A DNA stretch of 40,983 nucleotides from Planctomycetia bacterium (lineage in GTDB: Bacteria; Planctomycetota; Planctomycetia; Pirellulales; UBA1268). Within the stretch, counting starts at the first letter, position 1; each line of letters opens with the position of its first letter. Made by a program: the position numbers and the translations under genes. The notes under the pieces were generated by a model that saw only the letters and a list, made by a program, of their open reading frames with translations, ran no database searches and was not told where the DNA came from. Positions 19,976 to 28,060 of this stretch are shown here, in pieces. Where the stretch lies: positions 1 through 40,983 of the forward strand of contig RGBY01000001.1 of the NCBI GenBank assembly GCA_009919445.1. The letters run 5' to 3'.

Positions 19976-21151
19976 TTACTGGGCATGGGTAGGGAGTGCT
20001 GCCGTCGGATACGTCGGCTGCCAGCCCTGAGCATACGGTCCAGTAGGAGCCTTCGTGAATGCCGGCTGCCATCCAGCAGGTGAGATGCTGCGTGACGGCT
20101 GCCATGAGGTGGTGTGACTGGTCGGCTCCAAAAGCTTGGGAAATGCCCGAGTCGCACTCGTCGGCCCGTTTCCAGGAACCACCGGCATATCGCTATTGCC
20201 CTGCAAGGGCCTGCCATAGGATTGCTGGCTGCCACCAACTGGGCCACTGCTCACTGGAGGAATCGGCCGCAGGGCTGGGGCAGGGGCCGTCTGCCCGTTG
20301 GCATCGTCACGGGTCGCTGAGACACCGGCTGCGGGCGGCTCAGTGGCCTGCTGAGCCGCTGGCGACTGATTGGCTGGCTGCTCGGGACGCCGGGAGAGTT
20401 CTGGAATCGGCTTCAGTGACGGCGCCGGGCTGAGTGCTGGCGGACTGGTGGGCTGAGGCTGCACCGGAGCCTGCGGCATCATCGCGGTGCCACTTTGTGG
20501 CACGATCTGCTGTTGGTAGGTGCTCCCGGTGGCCGGCGGCAGAACAGGCTGTTGGGTCGGTACGGACGGAGGGACAGTCGCCCCGGCAGCGCCCCAGGCC
20601 TGTGGGGTTGTCTGAGATGGTGCCGCGAAAGGACTGGCGGCTGTTCCTGCCGGGCCCGGGACGGTACCAGCGTATGCCGGAGCAGTCGCTCCCTGTTGCA
20701 CCTGAACGTACTTCGTGGTGTAGACAGCCCGGTATTGAGTGACCGGCACACTTACCGGCTTCTGCACGTAACTGGTAACCGGCTGCATGCATTCCACGGC
20801 ACAGCCTGTGCAAGGATCAATTTCACACGATGACTGATAACAGGTTACGGGGACGCACTGATACTGCGTTCGATAGGTTGTCTCCGGGACGTAACTAACC
20901 TGCTGAACAGGGACCATCACCGGTTGGGCAGGAGCCGGCGGTGTCACCGCGACTGGAGCAACTGGAGCGATTGGCGTGACCGGAGGAGGAGCCGGCACTG
21001 GTGCCACTGCATAGGCAGGGGCAGCCTTTTTAAAGCAACCACAACCAGAGAGCAGACCTGACAGGCAGCACTGCGCCTGGGCAACGGCTGGATGAATAAA
21101 CAGAGCACCAGCTAGCAGAATGACATTGATTGAAAGACGCCGCGAATGCAT
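19976..21151 (-). CDS. secreted Cys/Pro/Ala/Gln-rich protein, possibly a YTV-like planctomycete envelope protein
   Basis: aaggagag SD before the ATG. Signal peptide MHSRRLSINVILLAGALFIHPAVAQA. Cys clusters CCLSGLLSGCGC and CVPVTCYQSSCEIDPCTGCAVEC. Y-rich motifs TTYRTQY and TQYRAVYTTKYV. Long P/A/Q/T low-complexity tail. Confidence 0.7.
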   Translation of the reverse strand: MHSRRLSINVILLAGALFIHPAVAQAQCCLSGLLSGCGCFKKAAPAYAVAPVPAPPPVTPIAPVAPVAVTPPAPAQPVMVPVQQVSYVPETTYRTQYQCVPVTCYQSSCEIDPCTGCAVECMQPVTSYVQKPVSVPVTQYRAVYTTKYVQVQQGATAPAYAGTVPGPAGTAASPFAAPSQTTPQAWGAAGATVPPSVPTQQPVLPPATGSTYQQQIVPQSGTAMMPQAPVQPQPTSPPALSPAPSLKPIPELSRRPEQPANQSPAAQQATEPPAAGVSATRDDANGQTAPAPALRPIPPVSSGPVGGSQQSYGRPLQGNSDMPVVPGNGPTSATRAFPKLLEPTSHTTSWQPSRSISPAGWQPAFTKAPTGPYAQGWQPTYPTAALPTHAQ

Positions 21152-21381
21152 CGCACTCTCCTTGAGTCAGGTTCGACGGGTTGGGCAAACGTGCCCGATT
21201 CTCCCGTCAGCACTCCAACACTAGGTTGCGTTGCCACCACTTTGCTTGAGAAAAACATCTTTTTTGTTCGTGAATTTTCTCTTCCTGCCTGCCACATTCG
21301 TTATGTCCGCTACAACCCCACTACAATCTCGTGGACAGGCCTCGTTTGATGAGAATTTCCTCAAAAAAAACTCGAGCCAGT

Positions 21382-22005
21382 TCATGCGGCCACCTGCTCT
21401 CGCACCCATCTTTCATAGCGGTCATAGAGCTCGAAAAAGGCTTCCCGCGTATTTCCGCCATGCCGACTGAAGATTGCACGAAGCAATGCGTCGTCAAATT
21501 CAACCGGCGGGCTAGGCGACTGCCTGAGGAGGTCAGCCACAAGCTCCACAAACTGCTGCTCCTCTGAACGCGTCTCCCAGAGAACAGGCCAATCTCCACA
21601 GCCGCAGGGCTGGTGCGTCGTGACAACGAGTCGCCCCGGCCGCTGACTCGCCAGTCTTGCCAGCAGCCCCCGCGGCCAGGCCAGAACCTCCCAGCTGTCG
21701 ATGCAGAGCAACTCATCAGCCGCTCGTCTCCCCAGCACCGTTGCCACCGCCCGGGGCCAGTCAGCCAGCGAACGCAATCGCAGGAAGCGGGTCGGCCACC
21801 CACGTGTCGCGGCTTCCACCAGGAGATGGCGAAGCAGTGTTGATTTCCCACTGCCATGGGGGCCGCTGATGATTCCCCGCCCGCCCAGATGCTCCAGCCG
21901 GTCGAGTACGGCCGCCGGTGAATGGGTTCGTGACCGCCAAGCCAGCTGGCCCGGCCTGGTGAAACGTGTTGCAAACGGGTTGTGAGGGGACCGTGCCACA
22001 ATCAT
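21382..22005 (-). CDS. minimal P-loop NTPase (207 aa), family not recognised
   Basis: Walker A GPHGSGKST. Walker-B-like LLCIDSWE. Possible sensor VVTTH. ATGA overlap with the upstream gene (22002-22005). Confidence 0.75.
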   Translation of the reverse strand: MIVARSPHNPFATRFTRPGQLAWRSRTHSPAAVLDRLEHLGGRGIISGPHGSGKSTLLRHLLVEAATRGWPTRFLRLRSLADWPRAVATVLGRRAADELLCIDSWEVLAWPRGLLARLASQRPGRLVVTTHQPCGCGDWPVLWETRSEEQQFVELVADLLRQSPSPPVEFDDALLRAIFSRHGGNTREAFFELYDRYERWVREQVAA

Positions 22006-22463
22006 GAGACCGCTGGCTCTGGAGGCCGCGCCACCGGCACATCGCCCAGAAAAAACACATGCTCAGAGACAAAGTCTCGACCACCAACAAAAAAGAGTCG
22101 CACCCGCACGCACCAGCGGATCTTGACGATGACTCCTTCGTAAGACAGAGGGCTGGGCGGAAGCTTTCCTGAAATAACACCGACCAGAGGCTCAGCTGAC
22201 GCAGGCTCAGGTTCCACCCGTTCAAGCGGCTTCCTTTCAAAGAGGATCACCCCAAGATCCTCTTCCCCCTTCCCCTCGGTGTACCAGGCAACTGACTGTT
22301 CAATGGCCGTGACGGCATGACGATCGACTCCGACCACTCGGTACCGAGCCCGAATGTTGTCTCCCGGCGCATAGTTGCCATCGTCAACGTTGAAATCAAC
22401 CGTCACCTGAGGGCTCAGTGGTGGGCTACTGGATGGTGCCAGGCCGGCGGCCGTTCGCATCAT
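22002..22463 (-). CDS. small soluble beta-rich protein, paralogous to the C-terminal domain of the upstream membrane protein (arrestin/Ig-like sandwich suspected)
   Basis: 153 aa. ATGA overlaps at both ends. Motif PPSPLSYEGVIVKIRWCVRVRL parallels PPRAMHSFHSTHNTLSWQLVLRG in the neighbouring gene. Confidence 0.65.
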   Translation of the reverse strand: MMRTAAGLAPSSSPPLSPQVTVDFNVDDGNYAPGDNIRARYRVVGVDRHAVTAIEQSVAWYTEGKGEEDLGVILFERKPLERVEPEPASAEPLVGVISGKLPPSPLSYEGVIVKIRWCVRVRLFFVGGRDFVSEHVFFLGDVPVARPPEPAVS

Positions 22464-23812
22464 GAGGCAGCCCCCTGTCCAGAGTGCCAGGAAACAGGTG
22501 CAGCCCCCATGGCCGCAGTGGTATCAGACGGATAGATGACCAGTGGGAAGACTCGCTTGAGTTCTGGCCAATGATCTGGCTGGCCGCGCAAAACTAGCTG
22601 CCAACTCAGTGTATTGTGGGTTGAGTGAAAGGAGTGCATGGCTCGCGGTGGCACCCGAAACTGCAGTTCGGCTTCAAAGGGAGTTCCAGGAAGTGGTTCG
22701 ACTCGATTCCAACATCGAATGACTTCACTACAAACAACCTGCCGCTCCGTGCGGACATCAGTCCCCTGACGAAATGTTGCCTGCTCTTCCAACTCAAGGC
22801 GGAGCTCGAGCCGCCGAAAGGCCACCGAGCCAGCCTGAGAAAGCAGCACCTCATACGAACCACCCGGACGCAACGGATGATCTGAAATTTCGAGATGCGA
22901 GGGGCCGATCGCCGTGACCCGAAGAAGCCGGCGGAAAAACAGCCCGATCGCAAGCAATCCCACCAGCGTGAACGGGGCCAACAAAAGTAAGAGCCACCAG
23001 TCAGCGCGGCCTCCCGCCACATCGAAACCAGCACCAATTGCCAGAACGATCACCACGGCATTCCAGAGCCCGGCAAACAATCCGGAACCGAGCAGAGTCC
23101 ACGCCTCCGGGCTTTCAGTCGGTAGCCGAAACCGGAGGACAGTCCCCGGCGAATTGACCAGATTGTCGCAGGCGGGAATGGCCGGAAACCCACTGGCCTC
23201 TGGCATGCCACGCGTCAACCGCTTCAATAAGCCCCAGACTTCAGCCGCTTGCCGCTCCTCTGACCGCCCCCAGCCGCCAGCGGCATGGAGCAATCCACTG
23301 CTCCCAAAGGCGACCAGAGCCCCGGGCAAAAGCAGCGTTAACAACCAGAGCCACCAGTTGTAGCCCCGCTTGAGCACCACCGTCGTGACATTGTCAGGGT
23401 CATACCAACACGACACCGGTCGATTGAGCTGCCACTGTGCAAGCTGGGCAATTGCAGTCTCCCGCTGCGATGAGGTCTCGGCCAGCCTACCGGAACTCCA
23501 AGACCGCACGAGTTTGCCCCGAGCCTGATACTCCACCAGGATGGCTGGTCGCCATGACTGCCGGCGATTTCCAAAAATATCGGTCGTCGTATGACGAGCC
23601 AGCCCTTTGCCGATTAAACGACCGCTGGCCTCAACAAACTGGTTATTGATCCGCCACTCCGAGACCGCCACGCCGGTGAGCATCAGCCCTCCGATGACGA
23701 GACCAGCAGTCAACAAGACCAGGTAGTAAATCGCCTCTCCAAGCGAGCCCCAAGCCGGCAGCCCGGTTCGGCGTTCACCGCGTTTCTTGCTGAAAAAACT
23801 GGGCAGCCTCAC
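22460..23812 (-). CDS. four-TM membrane protein with DUF3592-like extracytoplasmic domain and C-terminal beta-rich cytoplasmic domain
   Basis: GTG start with gggagaag SD. TM1 ~27-49. DUF3592-like block (ASGRLIGKG...WRPAILVEYQARG...VSCWYDPDNVTTVVLKRG). TM2 ~153-175, TM3/TM4 ~238-295, then a ~130-aa beta-rich domain. Confidence 0.75.
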   Translation of the reverse strand: MRLPSFFSKKRGERRTGLPAWGSLGEAIYYLVLLTAGLVIGGLMLTGVAVSEWRINNQFVEASGRLIGKGLARHTTTDIFGNRRQSWRPAILVEYQARGKLVRSWSSGRLAETSSQRETAIAQLAQWQLNRPVSCWYDPDNVTTVVLKRGYNWWLWLLTLLLPGALVAFGSSGLLHAAGGWGRSEERQAAEVWGLLKRLTRGMPEASGFPAIPACDNLVNSPGTVLRFRLPTESPEAWTLLGSGLFAGLWNAVVIVLAIGAGFDVAGGRADWWLLLLLAPFTLVGLLAIGLFFRRLLRVTAIGPSHLEISDHPLRPGGSYEVLLSQAGSVAFRRLELRLELEEQATFRQGTDVRTERQVVCSEVIRCWNRVEPLPGTPFEAELQFRVPPRAMHSFHSTHNTLSWQLVLRGQPDHWPELKRVFPLVIYPSDTTAAMGAAPVSWHSGQGAAS

Positions 23813-23866
23813 GCGTGCTTCTCCCGGCGGACCGGCCCCTTGCTGCGGCCCAACCGGCCGCCCGGC

Positions 23867-24169
23867 CTACCGCAGTTTCGACAGATCCTCTGTGCGGGTC
23901 ACCACAATGTCGTCAGCCGGTGCATGCTTCCGAAAAAAGCCGATCTTTTCCAGCGACTTGTAGACCTCTTCAAGGGTCTTCTCACCGAAGTTGGAGATGC
24001 TCAAGAGATCGGCACGGGTACAGTTCAGCAGGTCATGAACTGTGAAGATGCCTTTTTCCTCAAGGCAGTTGGTGGTTCGCACTGACAGGCCAATTTCAGC
24101 AGTGCTCATCTCAAGCTTTTCAGCAAGCTCGTCGGACTGGGTAAGGCTCTTGTATGGAATGCGTGGCAT
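23867..24169 (-). CDS. stand-alone RNA polymerase alpha-subunit C-terminal-domain (alpha-CTD)-like protein, 100 aa
   Basis: LSVRTTNCLEEKGIFTVHDLLNCTRADLLSISNFGEKTLEEVYKSLEKIG matches the RpoA alpha-CTD helix-hairpin-helix core. ATG at 24169 is preceded by gggaggg SD. The ORF-track start at 24247 is less likely. Confidence 0.8.
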   Translation of the reverse strand: MPRIPYKSLTQSDELAEKLEMSTAEIGLSVRTTNCLEEKGIFTVHDLLNCTRADLLSISNFGEKTLEEVYKSLEKIGFFRKHAPADDIVVTRTEDLSKLR

Positions 24170-24439
24170 GGGGTCCCTCCCGTGCAATGTGGGTGGTGGT
24201 ATGACTCGGGCCACCCGCACCAGCGTCGGGTGAAGCCCTCGGGCCATTGCAACGGCCTACCTGCCGTCGCGGTCCAGCAGGCTGGAACTGGTTTTCGTTC
24301 CACTGCTGGCATGTCAAAGGAATATAATCAATTTTGTCAGAATCCGACCACCTGCAGCCTGAGGAGAGGCCAGCAGCCTTGCGTTTCTGTCAGATCGGAA
24401 CCTGTCCTTTCCTTTCTCCCAAAGCGAACGCCTAGCACC

Positions 24440-26875
24440 GTGCGGCGACTTTCTCTCGACTCACTCAACCCGAGCCAGCGGCAAGCGGCAACCCACGTCG
24501 AGGGCCCGTTGCTCGTGCTTGCAGGCCCCGGCAGCGGAAAAACCCGCGTTGTGACCCACCGGATTGCCCATCTCATCACGCAAGGCATTCCTGCCCACCA
24601 AATCGTTGCCCTCACCTTTACCAACAAGGCAGCCGAGGAAATGCGCCGGCGGGTCACCGATCTGGTTGGTCCCCAGCCTGTGGAGATGGGAACCTTCCAT
24701 CGGTTCGCTGCCCGGCTGCTCAGGGTTCACGCCCGCCTGGTCGGCCTGACCAGCGACTATTCGATTCTCGACACTGATGACTCGCAGTCCGTACTCAAAC
24801 GAGCTGCCAAAAAACTTGGGCTGTCCCTGAAGCACACCCCCATCGGCCGACTTGCCGGAACAATCAGTCGGGCGAAAAACGACCTGGTCACACCAGAAAC
24901 CTTTGAGCCACGTTGGGGCCGGCCAGCCGACGAGATCGTTGCCAAACTCTGGCCGGTCTACCAAGAGATGCTGCTGGAATCCAACTCCGTTGACTTCGAC
25001 GACATTCTCATTCACATCGCGCGGCTGCTTCTTGATAACCCAGACCTCCGACGCCAGCTTGATGCCCGCTATCGCTGGCTCCTTGTCGATGAATATCAAG
25101 ACACCAACGCCGTGCAGTACTGCATCTTGCGGGGGCTGTCTCTCGACTATCAGAATCTGGCGGTGACAGGAGACCCTGACCAGGCCATCTATGGCTGGAG
25201 GGGGGCGAGCATCCGCAACATTCTCGAGTTCGAGCGCGACTATCCCGCCGCCGCCGTGGTGACCCTCGAGCAGAACTACCGCAGCACGGCCAATATTCTG
25301 GGCACCGCCGATCGGGTCATTGCCAATAACAGTCGTCGCAAGCCAAAACAGCTTCAGACCGATGCAGGGGCTGGCTCCCAGGTTCGCATCGTCCTTGACA
25401 GTAGCAGTCATGACGAGGCTGAACGGATCGCCACCGAAATTGCTGATGCCATTACCAGCGGCATCCGGCAGCCACGTGACTTCTGCATCTTGTTTCGCAC
25501 CAATGCTCTGTCCCGTTCGCTCGAAGTCGCCCTGCGGAACCGCCAGGTTCCCTACCAGCTGCTGCGGGGACTGGAGTTCTTCAAACGCCGCGAGGTTCGC
25601 GATATTGTTGCCTGGCTGCGGCTGCTGAAGAATCCTCGTGATGACGAAGCCCTGCTGCGAATCGTCAATGTCCCACCTCGAGGAATCGGCAAGCAGTCAC
25701 TCGATCGGCTGGCGGCCTGGGCAGAACAGCAGCAACTCTCACGACTCGAGGCCACCCGGCAGGCGGCTGCTGTCCCCGGCTTGTCCCGCCGAGCCATCCG
25801 GGCTTATGAACAGTTTGGTGATCTTGTCAACCAACTCGAGCAGGTGCACCAGCGGGCTGAGGGGGCGGTAGCCCCTCTGGTTGAAGCCATTCTCGACCGA
25901 ACCGGCTACCGCGAACTTCTGGCTGCCGAAAAGGATGAAGAAGGCGATGAGCGACTGGCCAACGTCGAAGAACTGGTGACCGCTGCCCGTCAGGTTGACG
26001 AATCCTTCGAGGCCGTCCTGCCTGACGACGACCCGCTTGGCCAGTTTCTTGAGCAGACTGCACTGGTTGCCGACACGGACGTCTGGGACCCGTCGGGAAA
26101 TCAGGTTTCCCTGATGACCTTTCACGCCTGCAAAGGGCTTGAGTTTCCGGTTGTCTACATGGTTGCGCTGGAAGATGGCATTTTGCCGCACGAGCGAAGC
26201 CTCGATCAGGACGACCAACTTGAGGAGGAACGCCGTCTTGTGTTCGTCGGCATCACTCGGGGAGAACAAGAGGTTCATGCGAGTGCGGCTCGCATCCGCG
26301 ACTATCGGGGAAGCCGCCGGATCGCAGCACCGAGCATATTCCTCACTGAAATGATTGGTGCCGAAACCCTGCTCACGGGCCCTGAAGCACCAACACTCAG
26401 TTCGCTGGGCCACGAGGAGGACAGTGACTGGTCGCCGCGAGAAGACGATCCATTTGCCGACTACTTCTCCTCAGGTCCAGACGATGAATTCCCCGGCGTC
26501 TCGGACCAGCCGGCAGACACCATGCCCCTGCAGCAAGAGCGAGCTGACGGACTGGTTCTCGAACTCGACTCAGAGCCTGCTGAGCCTGCCGTGAAACCGC
26601 CGGCCAAACAGTCCCGCTCTCGCGGTGATCTCACCAGCCTGGCCAAACTCCGTGAATCACCTGCGCTTCGTGCTGCCAGTGAACTTGGAAGCGGACGCCC
26701 TCGAGTCGCTGACTTTCACGTCGGGCAGCGGGTCCGCCATGCTGAGTACGGCGAGGGCGTGCTGGAACGCATCAGTGGCAACGGGCCACGAGCCGTCGCT
26801 GCTGTCCGTTTTACGAATGCCAGCCGCACCCGCAGTTTTGTGCTGGCCCACGGCGGCCTTGAACCGATCGGCTGA
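24440..26875 (+). CDS. ATP-dependent DNA helicase, UvrD/PcrA/Rep family (SF1A) with C-terminal Tudor-like domain
   Basis: Motifs LAGPGSGKT, TFTNKAAEEM, VDEYQDTN, GDPDQAIYGWRGA, QNYRS, TFHACKGLEFPVV, VGITRGE. The C-terminal FHVGQRVRHAEYGEGVLERI resembles the UvrD/PcrA Tudor domain. Start is GTG 24440 (MRRLSLDSLNPSQRQA) or ATG 24311. Neither has a clear SD. Confidence 0.9.
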   Translation: MRRLSLDSLNPSQRQAATHVEGPLLVLAGPGSGKTRVVTHRIAHLITQGIPAHQIVALTFTNKAAEEMRRRVTDLVGPQPVEMGTFHRFAARLLRVHARLVGLTSDYSILDTDDSQSVLKRAAKKLGLSLKHTPIGRLAGTISRAKNDLVTPETFEPRWGRPADEIVAKLWPVYQEMLLESNSVDFDDILIHIARLLLDNPDLRRQLDARYRWLLVDEYQDTNAVQYCILRGLSLDYQNLAVTGDPDQAIYGWRGASIRNILEFERDYPAAAVVTLEQNYRSTANILGTADRVIANNSRRKPKQLQTDAGAGSQVRIVLDSSSHDEAERIATEIADAITSGIRQPRDFCILFRTNALSRSLEVALRNRQVPYQLLRGLEFFKRREVRDIVAWLRLLKNPRDDEALLRIVNVPPRGIGKQSLDRLAAWAEQQQLSRLEATRQAAAVPGLSRRAIRAYEQFGDLVNQLEQVHQRAEGAVAPLVEAILDRTGYRELLAAEKDEEGDERLANVEELVTAARQVDESFEAVLPDDDPLGQFLEQTALVADTDVWDPSGNQVSLMTFHACKGLEFPVVYMVALEDGILPHERSLDQDDQLEEERRLVFVGITRGEQEVHASAARIRDYRGSRRIAAPSIFLTEMIGAETLLTGPEAPTLSSLGHEEDSDWSPREDDPFADYFSSGPDDEFPGVSDQPADTMPLQQERADGLVLELDSEPAEPAVKPPAKQSRSRGDLTSLAKLRESPALRAASELGSGRPRVADFHVGQRVRHAEYGEGVLERISGNGPRAVAAVRFTNASRTRSFVLAHGGLEPIG

Positions 26876-26898
26876 TCACCCCCAGCCGACCCGCGGCC

Positions 26899-27894
26899 TC
26901 AGCTCGTGACGGCCGCCACAGCCTCGCTAATCAGTTTTCCGGTTCCAGCAGCAAGCCACCGCCAGCCGAGGAGCTGCAGGGTGAAAGCAACCAGCACGTC
27001 GACCATGGTCAACCGGCGGGCGTGGATACCTGTACGGCCTATAGTGCGACGGCAAATGCTGGCTCCACCGCAGCGGCAGCATGAGAGGAAGAGCCCGATG
27101 AGGCTAACCGTCATGACCGCCTGCCAGCCACAAAGACCACCGACCAACGCCAGCCCGCCAGCCAGAAATGGTCCGGCATAGCCTGCAGCACGCAACAGGC
27201 TGCCAAGCAGCCAGCCCGCCAGCAGACCAAGCAGGCTTGTCAGCCCAGCTGCTTGACCAGGAGAAAGTGAGCCGAGAGCCCCCTCCAGCACCACTGGCGG
27301 AACCGCCACGGCGGGCTGCAGCCAAGGCCACAGCAGGGACAGCACCGGCAGGGTCAGTCCCACAAGAACAGACCAGCGTCGGGGCAGACGCTGCTGATCG
27401 TATTCCAGCAGGGCCCACGCCAACAGCGTCGCCAGACCAGTCACATGGAGCAGGCAGATGGCCAAAAGTCGACCATTCGGATGAAACAGGAGCTCATCAA
27501 CTCCCCGCCACCAGCGGCCCTGGGCAACCTCGTTCCCAAGTGGCAGGGTGTATCCGCCAGAGAGAATTTCGACTGCTGCCACCGACCCAATCAAAACGGC
27601 TGCAACGGCTTCGACAAATGGATACCGAACGGGAATCGGCACCAGGCAGTCACGACACCGCCCCTGCAAAAGAAGCCAGCCGAGAACTGGCAGGTTGTCC
27701 CGTGGACGGATCGCCTGCCCACAGGCTGGACAGCGAGAACCACCGAAAACAACGGACATGCCCAACGGCACCCGGTGAGCAACAACATTCAGAAAACTCC
27801 CGATATTGCCACCGACCACAAAGAAAAACACCACCGCCGCCACTTCTGCAAGCGACTGACCGAACGATTCGACTGTGAATGCTTCCCAGGGCAT
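26899..27894 (-). CDS. prepilin peptidase (A24)-like membrane protein, probably catalytically degenerate
   Basis: N-terminal PilD-type domain GSFLNVVAHRVP...SRCPACGQAIRPRDNLPVLGWLLLQGRCRDCLVPIPVRYPFVE. Polytopic C-terminal part contains no GxGD motif anywhere. Confidence 0.7.
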   Translation of the reverse strand: MPWEAFTVESFGQSLAEVAAVVFFFVVGGNIGSFLNVVAHRVPLGMSVVFGGSRCPACGQAIRPRDNLPVLGWLLLQGRCRDCLVPIPVRYPFVEAVAAVLIGSVAAVEILSGGYTLPLGNEVAQGRWWRGVDELLFHPNGRLLAICLLHVTGLATLLAWALLEYDQQRLPRRWSVLVGLTLPVLSLLWPWLQPAVAVPPVVLEGALGSLSPGQAAGLTSLLGLLAGWLLGSLLRAAGYAGPFLAGGLALVGGLCGWQAVMTVSLIGLFLSCCRCGGASICRRTIGRTGIHARRLTMVDVLVAFTLQLLGWRWLAAGTGKLISEAVAAVTS

Positions 27895-28060
27895 CCCGAC
27901 TCACTCCAGAAATCACTGACCGATTGGCTCGACCGGTTTTCTCCCGGCGCAACGCCACCGGTTTGATACAGTACCACCATCGCCAGAGAAGTGTCGGTCG
28001 ACGGCCGTAGGAAACCGGAAGAATCCGTCCGACTGGTGCATCCCCTCGTCCCCGCACGCG

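Noticed and set aside
21321-22240. Alternative-frame ORFs (226 aa and 159 aa) overlapping the P-loop and beta-sandwich genes
   Set aside because: Out-of-frame overlaps. The chosen frames carry the Walker motifs and the ATGA coupling.
24461-25411. 316-aa ORF antisense to the UvrD-family helicase
   Set aside because: Shadow ORF. The helicase motifs on the plus strand explain the region.
27168-27966. 236-aa and 173-aa plus-strand ORFs antisense to the prepilin-peptidase-like gene
   Set aside because: Pro/Arg/Ala-rich shadow ORFs. The minus frame carries the PilD N-terminal signature and TM helices.
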